A stretch of DNA of 42,545 bases from Candidatus Krumholzibacteriales bacterium (GTDB lineage Bacteria; Krumholzibacteriota; Krumholzibacteriia; Krumholzibacteriales; WJIX01): positions 1-42,545 of the forward strand of contig JAWODM010000032.1 of the NCBI GenBank assembly GCA_046483305.1, written 5' to 3'. Each line of letters opens with the position of its first letter. The stretch's first letter is position 1. The position numbers were made by a program, and so were the translations under genes. The notes beneath the pieces were generated by a model. It saw nothing but the letters and a program-made list of their open reading frames with translations. It was not told the DNA's origin and searched no databases. Shown piece after piece: positions 9,964 through 18,995 of the stretch.

Positions 9964-11139
9964 TCATATCAGGGTTACCTCCACCTGGCCTCCCTTTTCT
10001 ATCAGTCCGGTTCCCGCTGGAACGGCGATAAAACCGTCCGCCATGGTATAGGCGTGAATATGGGCCGAACCGTGATATTCCACTCTCTCCACGCTGCCGC
10101 TGTCAATGAACCTGACCGGTATGTGTGATAGACGACCCGATTTTCTTCTTTTCAGCCCCGCCGGCAGAACGGCCCTCACCCGCCGCGGTTTATATTCCGC
10201 CCCCATCAGGCAGCAGCAGAACGGCCTCACGAATATCTCGAAGATAACGAAGGTCGAGACCGGATTTCCGGGAAGCCCGAAAACATAACTGTCTTCGCTG
10301 ACTCCAAAGACCGTGGGCTTCCCCGGTTTCATGGCCACCTTCTCGAAAAGCAGGCGGTACCCCTTATCCCTCAGCACTCCCGGAACAAAATCGTAGTCCC
10401 CCATGGATACTCCGCCGGAAAGAAGGAAAACATCCACTGACCCGGCGTTGCTTTCGATAATTTCCGCTATGGAACCGGGGGTATCCCGGGCTATACCAAA
10501 ATAACGAGGTTCAAAACCGGCTTTTTCTATCTGAAGATAAAGCTGATAGCTGTTGCTGTTACGTATGAACGCCCTCCCCGGCTTTCGATCGGGTTCTACC
10601 AGCTCGCTGCCGGTAGCAATAATCCCCAGCACCGGCTTTCTGGCCACCGGAACATTGCCGGTACCGACCGCGGCCAGGACCGCCGCCTCCGCCGGGGTTA
10701 TGAAAGTGCCCCTGCTGAGTACCAGGTCTCCCCGGGACACATCCTCGGCCAGTCGGCAGATATTATCCCTGCCGCTCTTTCTGGTCACCAGAACCTTCCC
10801 CTCTCTCAGCCCCGTATGCTCCACCATCACCACAGTATCCGCCCCCTCCGGGACCATCGCTCCTGTCATTATCCGCGAACACTGGCCGGGCCCCACTCTT
10901 TTTTCCGGCTCCCGGCCGGCCGGAATGGTTTCGATTATCTCCATCGGAGAATCCAGGTCCTTCCTCCGGCAGGCATAACCGTCCATGGCCGATTTATTGA
11001 AGGGGGGCATATCCACATCGGAATAAATATCCGCGGCAAGCACCCTTCCCCCCGCCTCCATCAGAGATACAATTTCGGTCTCTCCGGGCGGGACGGCGGC
11101 CTCCATCATCAGCCGGTATGCTTTTTCAAATGCTATCAT
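9964..11139 (-). CDS. moeA: Molybdopterin metal (Mo/W) insertase MoeA
   Basis: GRVLA, PPFNKSAMDGYA, IMTGAMVPEGAD, ATGSEL, SGGVSMGDYD, MKPGKP, GLPGNPVS. Confidence 0.95.
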   Translation of the reverse strand: MIAFEKAYRLMMEAAVPPGETEIVSLMEAGGRVLAADIYSDVDMPPFNKSAMDGYACRRKDLDSPMEIIETIPAGREPEKRVGPGQCSRIMTGAMVPEGADTVVMVEHTGLREGKVLVTRKSGRDNICRLAEDVSRGDLVLSRGTFITPAEAAVLAAVGTGNVPVARKPVLGIIATGSELVEPDRKPGRAFIRNSNSYQLYLQIEKAGFEPRYFGIARDTPGSIAEIIESNAGSVDVFLLSGGVSMGDYDFVPGVLRDKGYRLLFEKVAMKPGKPTVFGVSEDSYVFGLPGNPVSTFVIFEIFVRPFCCCLMGAEYKPRRVRAVLPAGLKRRKSGRLSHIPVRFIDSGSVERVEYHGSAHIHAYTMADGFIAVPAGTGLIEKGGQVEVTLI

Positions 11140-11609
11140 GACTCTGATCTCCTCTGTTCTACACCGGGAGGCACAGCGCCGGCGGCGTTAATAATATCTA
11201 TTACCGTATCTTCCGGCACCTCCAGCCTGCGGGAAAGAAGCTCTGCAGACTCGCGGGTTACAAACTCTCCTCTTACCAGGTCGGCCTTTTTCATAGCCAG
11301 TTCCGCTGATTTCTTCGGCCTGCCCGGCCCCGGCAGGTATATTACACATTCGGGGTCCACCTCTTTCAGAATACTGTTGCTTTCGATCACCAGAAAGGGA
11401 GCGCCAGAATTGTCCCCGGCTATCTCCCGGAACGGCGTTCCGGTATGGTAAAATATATTATTGACCCCTTCTTTCCTTTTCCCGTGGCCGATCTTGATAA
11501 ATACCGCCCCGGGCAGAATCGATACCAGCCGGCGCGCCAGGGATGACTTTCCGACATCGGTGTGGGCTCCGGTAACTGCAATGATTTTGAATTGTCCTCC
11601 CGGTTTCAT
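11136..11609 (-). CDS. Small P-loop NTPase-like hypothetical protein (possibly MobB-related)
   Basis: Walker A-like IIAVTGAHTDVGKSS and Walker B-like FLVIESN. ATGA overlap with moeA. Confidence 0.6.
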   Translation of the reverse strand: MKPGGQFKIIAVTGAHTDVGKSSLARRLVSILPGAVFIKIGHGKRKEGVNNIFYHTGTPFREIAGDNSGAPFLVIESNSILKEVDPECVIYLPGPGRPKKSAELAMKKADLVRGEFVTRESAELLSRRLEVPEDTVIDIINAAGAVPPGVEQRRSES

Positions 11610-11639
11610 TTAAACTCCGTTTCCGGTTCCTGTTTCCGC

Positions 11640-11828
11640 CTACTTGAAACAGCCGAGCTGGCAGGCCACTATCTTTATCCCTTTCCTGTTGCAGATCCCT
11701 CCAATTCTGTGAGGAGCCACCTGATGCCCTGCCGCTATCTCGAGAGCGTCTCTGCACCTTAATCTCTTCTTGCCCTCTTCCGTGAATGATTTTTCTATCA
11801 CATCCTTCTCGAGCTTATCCGTATTCAT
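11640..11828 (-). CDS. Small Cys-containing hypothetical protein (IKIxxCQLGCF type)
   Basis: 62 aa with 4 Cys, ends GIKIVACQLGCFK. ATGA overlap with modE and a GAAGGTGAG-type RBS. Confidence 0.75.
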   Translation of the reverse strand: MNTDKLEKDVIEKSFTEEGKKRLRCRDALEIAAGHQVAPHRIGGICNRKGIKIVACQLGCFK

Positions 11829-12184
11829 TTCTCACCTTCCTTCTTTATTATTGATTCGATATGATTCCTGAAGGAATTCTCAGCCCCCCGGCATACCTCA
11901 TTCCTGTATCTCTCCCATGCCCTTACCATTCTTTTCCCGAATTCAGTAAGCTCTGCCGAGCCCCCGCCGCATCCTCCCCTGCTCCTTTTAACCACCTGCC
12001 TGCCGATCTTCTCCTCCAGCCGCCTGATATCCTCCCAGGCCTTGCGGTAACCCCGGGAGAGTTCCCTGGAGGCCTGCCTGATAGACCCTGATTCATCGAT
12101 CATTCTAAGGAGCCTGAACTTTCCGTCACCGAATAATCCTTCCCCTTCTTCGGTCTGAATATACAGTTTTATTCCAGGTTTCAC
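11825..12184 (-). CDS. modE: ModE-family regulator, winged-HTH only (no TOBE domain)
   Basis: FGDGKFRLLRMIDESGSIRQASRELSRGYRKAW...RSRGGCGGGSAELTEFG matches the ModE N-terminal domain. GTGA overlap with wtpC. Confidence 0.85.
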   Translation of the reverse strand: MKPGIKLYIQTEEGEGLFGDGKFRLLRMIDESGSIRQASRELSRGYRKAWEDIRRLEEKIGRQVVKRSRGGCGGGSAELTEFGKRMVRAWERYRNEVCRGAENSFRNHIESIIKKEGEK

Positions 12185-13239
12185 GGTTCTGCCCTCATGA
12201 ATTTAATGGCGCTGGCCTTGATGCTCGCAAATAGTACGGACCCGCGCCTGATATTCAAGTTTTCGAAAGACTGCCCGGTAACTATTACCGCCAGCTCCAC
12301 GCCGGCGTCCATGACCACCTCTATCCCCGGCCTGGCCGGGAAACAATCGGTCACCCTGCCCCGGAAAGAGTTTCTGGCGCTGGTTGAGACTTTATCCGCC
12401 GATATGGTTATGTCGGTGCTTCTTATAATGATATTGCCCCTGCCCGGCTTCTGATCGGTCAGGACATTAAAGCTGACCCCGCCGGTCCTGAATTCCTTCA
12501 GCCCTCCGCCCCGGTCCAGCAGCTCACCCTTGAAGAAATTCCTGATCCCTATGAAATCCGCCACGAACTCCGACCGGGGACGTGTAAAAACTTCTCGCGG
12601 GGTTCCCGTCTGCGCTATGGTTCCATTCTCCATAACCCCGATCCGGTCAGCCAGCGCCAGGGCTTCCTCGTAATCGTGGGTAACATGAAGAACCGCGGTC
12701 CTCTCATCCCGGATCTCCCTCAAAAGGGCGCGGATTTCAGACCTGGCTCCCTTATCCAGAGATGAGATGGGTTCATCCAGCAGCAGGCATTCCGGGTCCT
12801 TAGCCAGGGCCCTTGCCAGGGCGGTTCTCTGAATTTCGCCGCCGGAGAGGGTGCCCGGCATCCGTTCGAGAAGTTGCTCCAGCCCTGTTTTAATCGCGAG
12901 TTCCTTAATCCTGAGTTCTCTTTCAGCCTTTTCGACCCCCTCGCACCTGAGGCCATAGGCGATATTCTCCCGTACCGAAAGGTGTGGAAACAGAGCGCCG
13001 TTCTGGAAAACCATCCCCGTGCCCCTGTTCTGAATCTTCTCCCGGGTTATATCCCTTCCGGACAGTCTAATCCGGCCTGAATCAGGGCTGTGTATGCCCG
13101 CGACTGTCTCCAGCAGAACGGATTTTCCAACTCCGGAGGCGCCCAGCAGGACGAAGTATTCTCCGCCGGTAAGTTCCAGGCTGATATCCCGGAGGGAGAA
13201 TTCTCCCAGCCTCTTGGAGAGCTGCCGGATCTCAAGCAT
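12181..13239 (-). CDS. wtpC: Tungstate/molybdate ABC transporter ATPase with C-terminal TOBE domain
   Basis: GASGVGKS, LSGGE, LLLDEP, HVTHD; C-terminal TSARN...ASIKASAI mop/TOBE motif. Confidence 0.88.
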   Translation of the reverse strand: MLEIRQLSKRLGEFSLRDISLELTGGEYFVLLGASGVGKSVLLETVAGIHSPDSGRIRLSGRDITREKIQNRGTGMVFQNGALFPHLSVRENIAYGLRCEGVEKAERELRIKELAIKTGLEQLLERMPGTLSGGEIQRTALARALAKDPECLLLDEPISSLDKGARSEIRALLREIRDERTAVLHVTHDYEEALALADRIGVMENGTIAQTGTPREVFTRPRSEFVADFIGIRNFFKGELLDRGGGLKEFRTGGVSFNVLTDQKPGRGNIIIRSTDITISADKVSTSARNSFRGRVTDCFPARPGIEVVMDAGVELAVIVTGQSFENLNIRRGSVLFASIKASAIKFMRAEP

Positions 13240-14002
13240 GGCTTCTCCTTCCCGCCAGAACCCTCATCACCACGAAAAAGGCCAGGCATACTATCAGGAA
13301 CACAGCCGCCACCGGCCTTGCGTACTCCAGGCCGAAAGCCCCAAAACGCTCGTATATCATTACCGGTGTTATCATGGGATGATAGGCGATTATTACCACC
13401 GCCCCGAATTCACTCAGCCCCCTGCCCCACATCAGAACCAGCCCGGACACCACTGAACGCCAGGCCAGGGGCAGCGAGACCGTAAAGAACACCCTGGCGG
13501 GGCTGGCCCCAAGATTCAGGGCAGCCTTTTCCAGCTTCCGGTCGACCGCCGCAAATCCGTCCCTGGCGGAATTGACCAGAAAGGGTATGCTGACGAAGGC
13601 CATTGCCGCCATTATCCCCGGCACCCCTCCAACAAATCTTATCCCGGTACCGTCCTGAAGAGGCGCCAGCATTCCCAGAAGAGCTATCCCGGCCGCCGAA
13701 TGTGGAATCACCACCGGCAAATCTATGATCCCGTCAATTACTTCCTTCAGAAGGAAATCCCTCCGGGCCAGAACATAGGCAAGGGGCACCGCCAGAAGGG
13801 CAAACAGCAGGGTTGCGCCCATGGAGGCGAACAGGGTCAGCAGGATGCTCTCCCTTACCTCGCCGTCCATCACGGTTTCCAGGTACTGCCCGCCGGAAGT
13901 ATTGATGAACACCCCGAGAAGGGGAGCGATTATAAACAGAAGCACTACTCCTCCCAGCAGGGTAAAAATAATGTATGTAAAATCGAGCTTGCCCGGTTTC
14001 AA
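13232..14002 (-). CDS. wtpB: Tungstate/molybdate ABC transporter permease
   Basis: Multiple TM helices, DLPVVIPHSAAGIALL, EAA loop EKAALNLGAS, RGLSEFGAV. TTG start. Confidence 0.88.
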   Translation of the reverse strand: MKPGKLDFTYIIFTLLGGVVLLFIIAPLLGVFINTSGGQYLETVMDGEVRESILLTLFASMGATLLFALLAVPLAYVLARRDFLLKEVIDGIIDLPVVIPHSAAGIALLGMLAPLQDGTGIRFVGGVPGIMAAMAFVSIPFLVNSARDGFAAVDRKLEKAALNLGASPARVFFTVSLPLAWRSVVSGLVLMWGRGLSEFGAVVIIAYHPMITPVMIYERFGAFGLEYARPVAAVFLIVCLAFFVVMRVLAGRRSHA

Positions 14003-14007
14003 TGATG

Positions 14008-14964
14008 TCAGCCTTTCTCAGCGAATTTCCTGAGTCTTTCCGGCAGAGCGCCGTAACTGCCGGTGGGGCCCGGAACCAGGGGCGGCTGGCCGTTCCGTTC
14101 CATTATTTTCAGCCCCTTCTCCCTGTCCAGCAGGAATTCAACGAACCTCAGCGCCAGTTCCGGGGATGGCGCATTATCGGGGACGGTAACCCCGTACACC
14201 ATCGGCGCCCCCTTCCTCTCTATGAACTCACCCGGCTTCTTCCCCGAAATCCTTATCGATACCGAGCGGTAGTAATCAGCGAAACCGGGCCTGCCCAGGT
14301 TGATCTCGTCCGGAAGGAGCAGGATGCCCAGGTTATGCTGACGGGCCACAGAGCGGTATATGAATATGAAGTCCAGAGCTCCCGCTTCCACCAACCCCAG
14401 CAGATCGGTTTCCTTTGATCTGATGTATTCCTGATCTTTCTCCAGCAGCGACATGGCCAGCCCCTCCGCGCCGTAATACTTCTCGGCCAGCTTCAGGGTC
14501 AGAACGGTTCTATAGCCGCAGGGATCGGAATCCGGGTCGGACCTTCCATAGGAAACGTCATCCCTCTGCAGGGTTTCGTACCAGTTCCCATCGGTCAATC
14601 CCCGGACCTTCCGGTTACCTCTCATGAAGGCCAGAGCCATTTCATTGGCCGCGAATCTGATGTTCCATCCGGCATGCTCCGGTATCAGCAGCCGGTCTAT
14701 TACCTCATAATCGGCCGATGCCATTACATCGCATTCCCTGTTCAGTTCTGTTATCTTACGGGCGCACCTCCTGCTCCCCGCCGCCTCCAGGAAAACTTCA
14801 ACCCCCGGATTCTCCTCCTCGAACTGCGCGGCTATCTGAGAGAAAGGAACCGAAAGAGATCCCGCATGAAATACTATCAATTTCCCCTCCTCTCTCCCGC
14901 CGGAACACGAAAGAACCAGCAACGAAATCAACGAAAAAATTACAGGTGTCTTTCTGAATGCCAT
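14008..14964 (-). CDS. wtpA: Tungstate-binding lipoprotein WtpA
   Basis: Lipobox LVLSC; FHAGSLSVPF, EAAGS, MASAD, SDPDSDPCGYRT, RSKETDL, YRSVARQH are typical of WtpA rather than ModA. Start moved to ATG 14964 (RBS GGAGAGG). Confidence 0.88.
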   Translation of the reverse strand: MAFRKTPVIFSLISLLVLSCSGGREEGKLIVFHAGSLSVPFSQIAAQFEEENPGVEVFLEAAGSRRCARKITELNRECDVMASADYEVIDRLLIPEHAGWNIRFAANEMALAFMRGNRKVRGLTDGNWYETLQRDDVSYGRSDPDSDPCGYRTVLTLKLAEKYYGAEGLAMSLLEKDQEYIRSKETDLLGLVEAGALDFIFIYRSVARQHNLGILLLPDEINLGRPGFADYYRSVSIRISGKKPGEFIERKGAPMVYGVTVPDNAPSPELALRFVEFLLDREKGLKIMERNGQPPLVPGPTGSYGALPERLRKFAEKG

Positions 14965-15043
14965 ATTAACCTCTCCCGCCTCTTTTAACCCACCCATAAA
15001 CCCCGCAATTCACAATACAGGGGTCTTCACGCACCCGGAATTG

Positions 15044-15071
15044 AATTTACCCTTTTCAGATAAAAAGTCAA
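15044..15071 (-). promoter_or_regulatory. Sigma70-type promoter of the wtpA-moco operon
   Basis: Minus strand TTGACT (15071-15066), 16-bp spacer, TAAATT. Confidence 0.55.
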
Positions 15072-15072
15072 C

Positions 15073-15096
15073 CGTTATGTTCAGCTGTGCATATCG
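15073..15096. promoter_or_regulatory. Putative ModE binding site
   Basis: Imperfect palindrome CGTTATGT-N8-GCATATCG resembling the ModE consensus, next to the wtpA -35 element. Confidence 0.7.
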
Positions 15097-15220
15097 CCTG
15101 TTCGCCCCCTTCCGGAATCGCTCATACAACCCCGCATCTTTAATCTGGACAGACTCACCATTAAGGGAATAGAATAAATTCTCCGGGCATGATTAATATT
15201 CTCAGATCGAAAGGACTGTC

Positions 15221-17596
15221 ATGTTCAGAAGAACTTTACTTCCGGCGATAATCGTCATTTTTCTGAATGCCGCCACCCCGCAGGCATCGCTTTCGGATGT
15301 GGTAACGGTCGATTTCCTGGATGATATGAAGATAAACGCGGCCGGCCCGTTCCTTCTTCGCATCGATGAAAGCAGGAACCGCCTGATAGCCGCGAACACC
15401 CTCAGCAGCTCCATATCTGTCATCGACTGCGAGAGCGAAACGGTCAGGAACATCCCCATAGGGGGAAGGGGGCTTCAGCACCTGAAATCGGAAAGCCTGG
15501 CCCTGGACCCGGTTACCGGCAGTATATGCCTGATCGGGGACGGAAGGTTTCATATCATAGACCCCGCCTCCGGAGAAGTTACCGACATCGAAACCGAACA
15601 TCAGTATGAATCGGCGGTTATCTGTTCAGGTACGGGAAACGTCTTTCTGACCGGACGGGAAACCGGCCGGCTCGGATTCTTCAGTTCATCAACAGGCAGG
15701 TTTTCGGAGCTGGATTGGCTGGACCGGTCGGAACCCCTGGTCAATATGAATGCCACCCCTCCCCCGCCGATAAGAAAGGTGGTTTACGACCGGCAGCTTT
15801 CACTGGTAATCGCGGTGGACGGCTACAGTTCAACCATCCACACCTTCGACCCGGCGACCGGCCGCAAACTGTCCGAAAGGGAACTGAACGTTGAACCGCG
15901 CTCACGCTGGCACCTGGCCGGGTACGACCGGCAGAGGCACGCGCTCCACATGGTTCTGGAAACCGGCGGCAGGAAGGTAACAGAGGCGGTACTGGTTGAC
16001 ATCAATGGGGGCAACGATATAATAACCCCTCTTCCGGGGCTTACCGAAGGCGCCGGTATCTGCTTTAACCCGGAAAGAAACGAACTCTATATCAGTTATG
16101 ACAATCACCCCACCGTGCACGTTGTGGATTACAACCGGCAGGCCGAAATATCCTTGATAAAGATCCCCGCCTACGGGAATGATGCCGCCGCGGTCGACAG
16201 GGAGCGGGGCCTGTTATACATAGCCAGCTGGGCTCACGGCGAGATAGATGTAATCGATCTCGAAAAAAGAGCGCTGGCGAAGAGGATAATGGACCTGGGA
16301 ATAATACCTCACATGTTTTCAATGGCATTCAGCCACCGGATGAACCGGATTTACTTTCCCAGAGGAGCCACCGCGGTTAACGGAACCTTCGGTTCGGCGG
16401 TAACCGTCCTGGATCCCGGCTCCGGAGAGAGCTGGAAGATAAGAACCGGCTGGTGCCCCATGGACATGATAAGGCTGAAACAGGAAGATTCGTTTCTGGT
16501 ATTCAGTTCCGAGGATATGGTTGCCAGGATCAGCCCCGGCGGCCAGCCGGACATCTACAAGCTCCCTTTCGATTTCCCCATTAAAGCGGCGCACAGCCCC
16601 TCCGGGGGGATATATCTCTCCTATGGCCCTCACCAGTCATACTGGCCGACTGTATACATCTGGGGCGCCAGAAACGGCGTTCTGGGGATAGAGCCTGAAA
16701 CCATGGAATTTTATGACAGGCGGATCCCCCGGCAGGGCATGGATATAGCCCTGGACGGGGAGGGGATTCTCTACCTTACCCAGAATAACTGGGGGAGGGA
16801 AAATCAGTTCATAACCAGGCTGCTTGATGAAGTGCGCCTCTTCGAACCGGCGCGGAGGCTGGTCCTGCCGGACACCGTCCAGCGCGAAACCACTCAGAGG
16901 GTGCTGGAATACGACCCAAAGGAAGGCCTTCTTTACCTTCTGAAAGCGGGAGAGAAAGAGAGCGGCCGAAGCTCCGTTCATATAGTGGACCCGGACAGCG
17001 GCGCGGAAACCGGAAAAGCTTACGCGGGAATAAACGGAACCGGCCTGGTCTTCGACAGCGATTTCATATACGTGACCAACTTCGGTTCCGGCTCCATAAC
17101 AGCGGTCAGAAAATCAGACCGGGATACAACAACCATTCCTGCAGGCGGCTCGCCCTTGAGAAGCTGCCTCGGCGAGGATAAGCTGTATGTGATAGACCAT
17201 ACCGGAAACCGGCTCCTGGTTCTTGAAAAGAACAGTGCCGGGCAACTCCTGTCCGGCCGGGCGGAAGCGGGAGATATCCTTAAAAGCTACAACATCCCCT
17301 TCAGCGGGATGCCTGATAATATATTATACTCCGGCGGCGGCCCTGTTATCACATCACACAGCGGCTCACGCCTTGCGGTATTGAGATTCGATCCCGTTGA
17401 TGAGAGTTTCGAGACACTGATGGAGTACGATTACCCCTTCGGCGATGTATCCCTGGCCGGTTCCAACTCATCCTTTTACATGAGCGGGCAGTTCGGTGAC
17501 GCGGTATTCTCCCTCAACAGAATAGCGGCCGATTCCAGGAACCGGCTCTGGATAACCGATTTCCTGGCCGGGAAGCTGTTTATTCTGGAGGACTGA
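15221..17596 (+). CDS. Secreted YncE/NHL-like multi-beta-propeller protein
   Basis: Signal peptide; repeated propeller blades (ISVID, IDVIDLE, YVTNFGSGSI, WITDF). Function unknown. Confidence 0.7.
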   Translation: MFRRTLLPAIIVIFLNAATPQASLSDVVTVDFLDDMKINAAGPFLLRIDESRNRLIAANTLSSSISVIDCESETVRNIPIGGRGLQHLKSESLALDPVTGSICLIGDGRFHIIDPASGEVTDIETEHQYESAVICSGTGNVFLTGRETGRLGFFSSSTGRFSELDWLDRSEPLVNMNATPPPPIRKVVYDRQLSLVIAVDGYSSTIHTFDPATGRKLSERELNVEPRSRWHLAGYDRQRHALHMVLETGGRKVTEAVLVDINGGNDIITPLPGLTEGAGICFNPERNELYISYDNHPTVHVVDYNRQAEISLIKIPAYGNDAAAVDRERGLLYIASWAHGEIDVIDLEKRALAKRIMDLGIIPHMFSMAFSHRMNRIYFPRGATAVNGTFGSAVTVLDPGSGESWKIRTGWCPMDMIRLKQEDSFLVFSSEDMVARISPGGQPDIYKLPFDFPIKAAHSPSGGIYLSYGPHQSYWPTVYIWGARNGVLGIEPETMEFYDRRIPRQGMDIALDGEGILYLTQNNWGRENQFITRLLDEVRLFEPARRLVLPDTVQRETTQRVLEYDPKEGLLYLLKAGEKESGRSSVHIVDPDSGAETGKAYAGINGTGLVFDSDFIYVTNFGSGSITAVRKSDRDTTTIPAGGSPLRSCLGEDKLYVIDHTGNRLLVLEKNSAGQLLSGRAEAGDILKSYNIPFSGMPDNILYSGGGPVITSHSGSRLAVLRFDPVDESFETLMEYDYPFGDVSLAGSNSSFYMSGQFGDAVFSLNRIAADSRNRLWITDFLAGKLFILED

Positions 17597-17627
17597 ATGC
17601 ATCTTTTGCATGGCAGGCACAAACGCA

Positions 17628-17675
17628 AAACCCGGCTGATCCGCTCTTTCAGAAGAAACCAGCCGGGTTTATTTT
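17628..17675. terminator. Bidirectional terminator between convergent genes
   Basis: AAACCCGGCTG...CAGCCGGGTTT inverted repeat with A- and T-rich flanks. Confidence 0.7.
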
Positions 17676-17699
17676 ACAGCAAAGCCTGAAATTATCTAT

Positions 17700-18962
17700 C
17701 TACAGCTCCCTCCAGGAGAGGACCATGCAGGGCATGGCGCCGCTGAGAGCCTGGGTAATGGCGTCCCTGCTATACAGAACCGCCGCGTTACCGGCGCTGA
17801 AGTTCCAGTCGGAAGTACCCCTTACCACCACGCTCCCGAGAATCCAGGGAGTACCGGTGAGCTTGAGGTCTCCTTCCACGTAAATTAGCCCCCTGAAAGT
17901 AAATGAGCCAGCGCCGCTTATATCACCATTTACATATAGAAGGCCTTCGCCCACCAGATTACTGTTTACCTTGGCATCACCATTTATATATGTAATTCCA
18001 TTCAGGGGATTGGTTAGGGATGTATTGTCAGCATTGGAAATAAGCCTGTTTACCTCGGCACTGCTTATCCCCAGCACTTCAGCCAGCGAATAGAACGGAT
18101 TGGTAGGAGAATCGTCAATCGGCGTCGGGTTGCCGCCCACATCGGCGCTTCCCTGGGTCTTGACCTGATCACCGGTGGTGGAAACCCCGGGAAGGTGGCC
18201 GCTGGCCAGGTGCCAGGCGTAGCAGGCATTAGGCTGAGTGCCTACCGGAGTATTCAAGCTGTGATTATAACCGCAGAATGCGCAGTTTCCGGTCAGTTTT
18301 ATTGCCTTGTCGCAATACAGGGCGCCCAGGGTTCTGGCCATAATGGTCCTCTTGGTAACCTCCGCCTGTACTGCCCTCTCGGCATTGGCTGCCCGGCCGG
18401 TAACGGTAATTATCTCTACCGGAAAACCTGAGCTGAAGTTCTCCGGCGGCACCTTCAGGGGATCATATCTCACTATCTCATTGGCATCACGGACCCCGTC
18501 ACCATTACGGTCCTCCCATTTGTGTTCTACGGTGAGCACTCCGTCGGTACCGCTGGTTTCGCTGTAATCCAGGTATGGGTTATTGGGATCCTGAATGGTA
18601 CCGGTAGTCACAACGCTTCCGCCCCCCGCCGGAGCGGCGGCGGGAGTGGTAAGGTAAACCCTGGTCTCCCAGTTGGGATCGTACGGCTGTGAATCACCGA
18701 TTGCGGCATTCCCGGTCCATCCGCCTACAGTGACATCGGTAGGATCAGGAAGTGATAACCGGTGAATAGCCTCATTGAGGCCCGCCTCGGCCACGAATAG
18801 CGACTGGGTATTGACTCTCTGGTTGCCCGAGATTTTAACGTCCAGCGAGGAAACGCTTGCCAGGGTCGCCCCGATTACCGATATCGCGAAGAGGATCAGC
18901 AGGGTTACCACCAGTATATAACCTCTTTCGTCCTTATTCCTGTCGTTGATTCCGATTTTCAT
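17700..18962 (-). CDS. PilX-like minor pilin
   Basis: Class III signal ERG/YILVVTLL lacking Glu5; PilX_N motif ISGNQR...SLFVAEAGL; ends SWREL. Confidence 0.8.
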   Translation of the reverse strand: MKIGINDRNKDERGYILVVTLLILFAISVIGATLASVSSLDVKISGNQRVNTQSLFVAEAGLNEAIHRLSLPDPTDVTVGGWTGNAAIGDSQPYDPNWETRVYLTTPAAAPAGGGSVVTTGTIQDPNNPYLDYSETSGTDGVLTVEHKWEDRNGDGVRDANEIVRYDPLKVPPENFSSGFPVEIITVTGRAANAERAVQAEVTKRTIMARTLGALYCDKAIKLTGNCAFCGYNHSLNTPVGTQPNACYAWHLASGHLPGVSTTGDQVKTQGSADVGGNPTPIDDSPTNPFYSLAEVLGISSAEVNRLISNADNTSLTNPLNGITYINGDAKVNSNLVGEGLLYVNGDISGAGSFTFRGLIYVEGDLKLTGTPWILGSVVVRGTSDWNFSAGNAAVLYSRDAITQALSGAMPCMVLSWREL

Positions 18963-18995
18963 TTTTCATCAATCCTTCTCTGAATAATTTGCCGG

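Noticed and set aside
11136..14002. Three operon genes all begin MKPG
   Set aside because: They use different start codons and show no similarity beyond about 12 nt; probably chance or constraint from overlapping genes.
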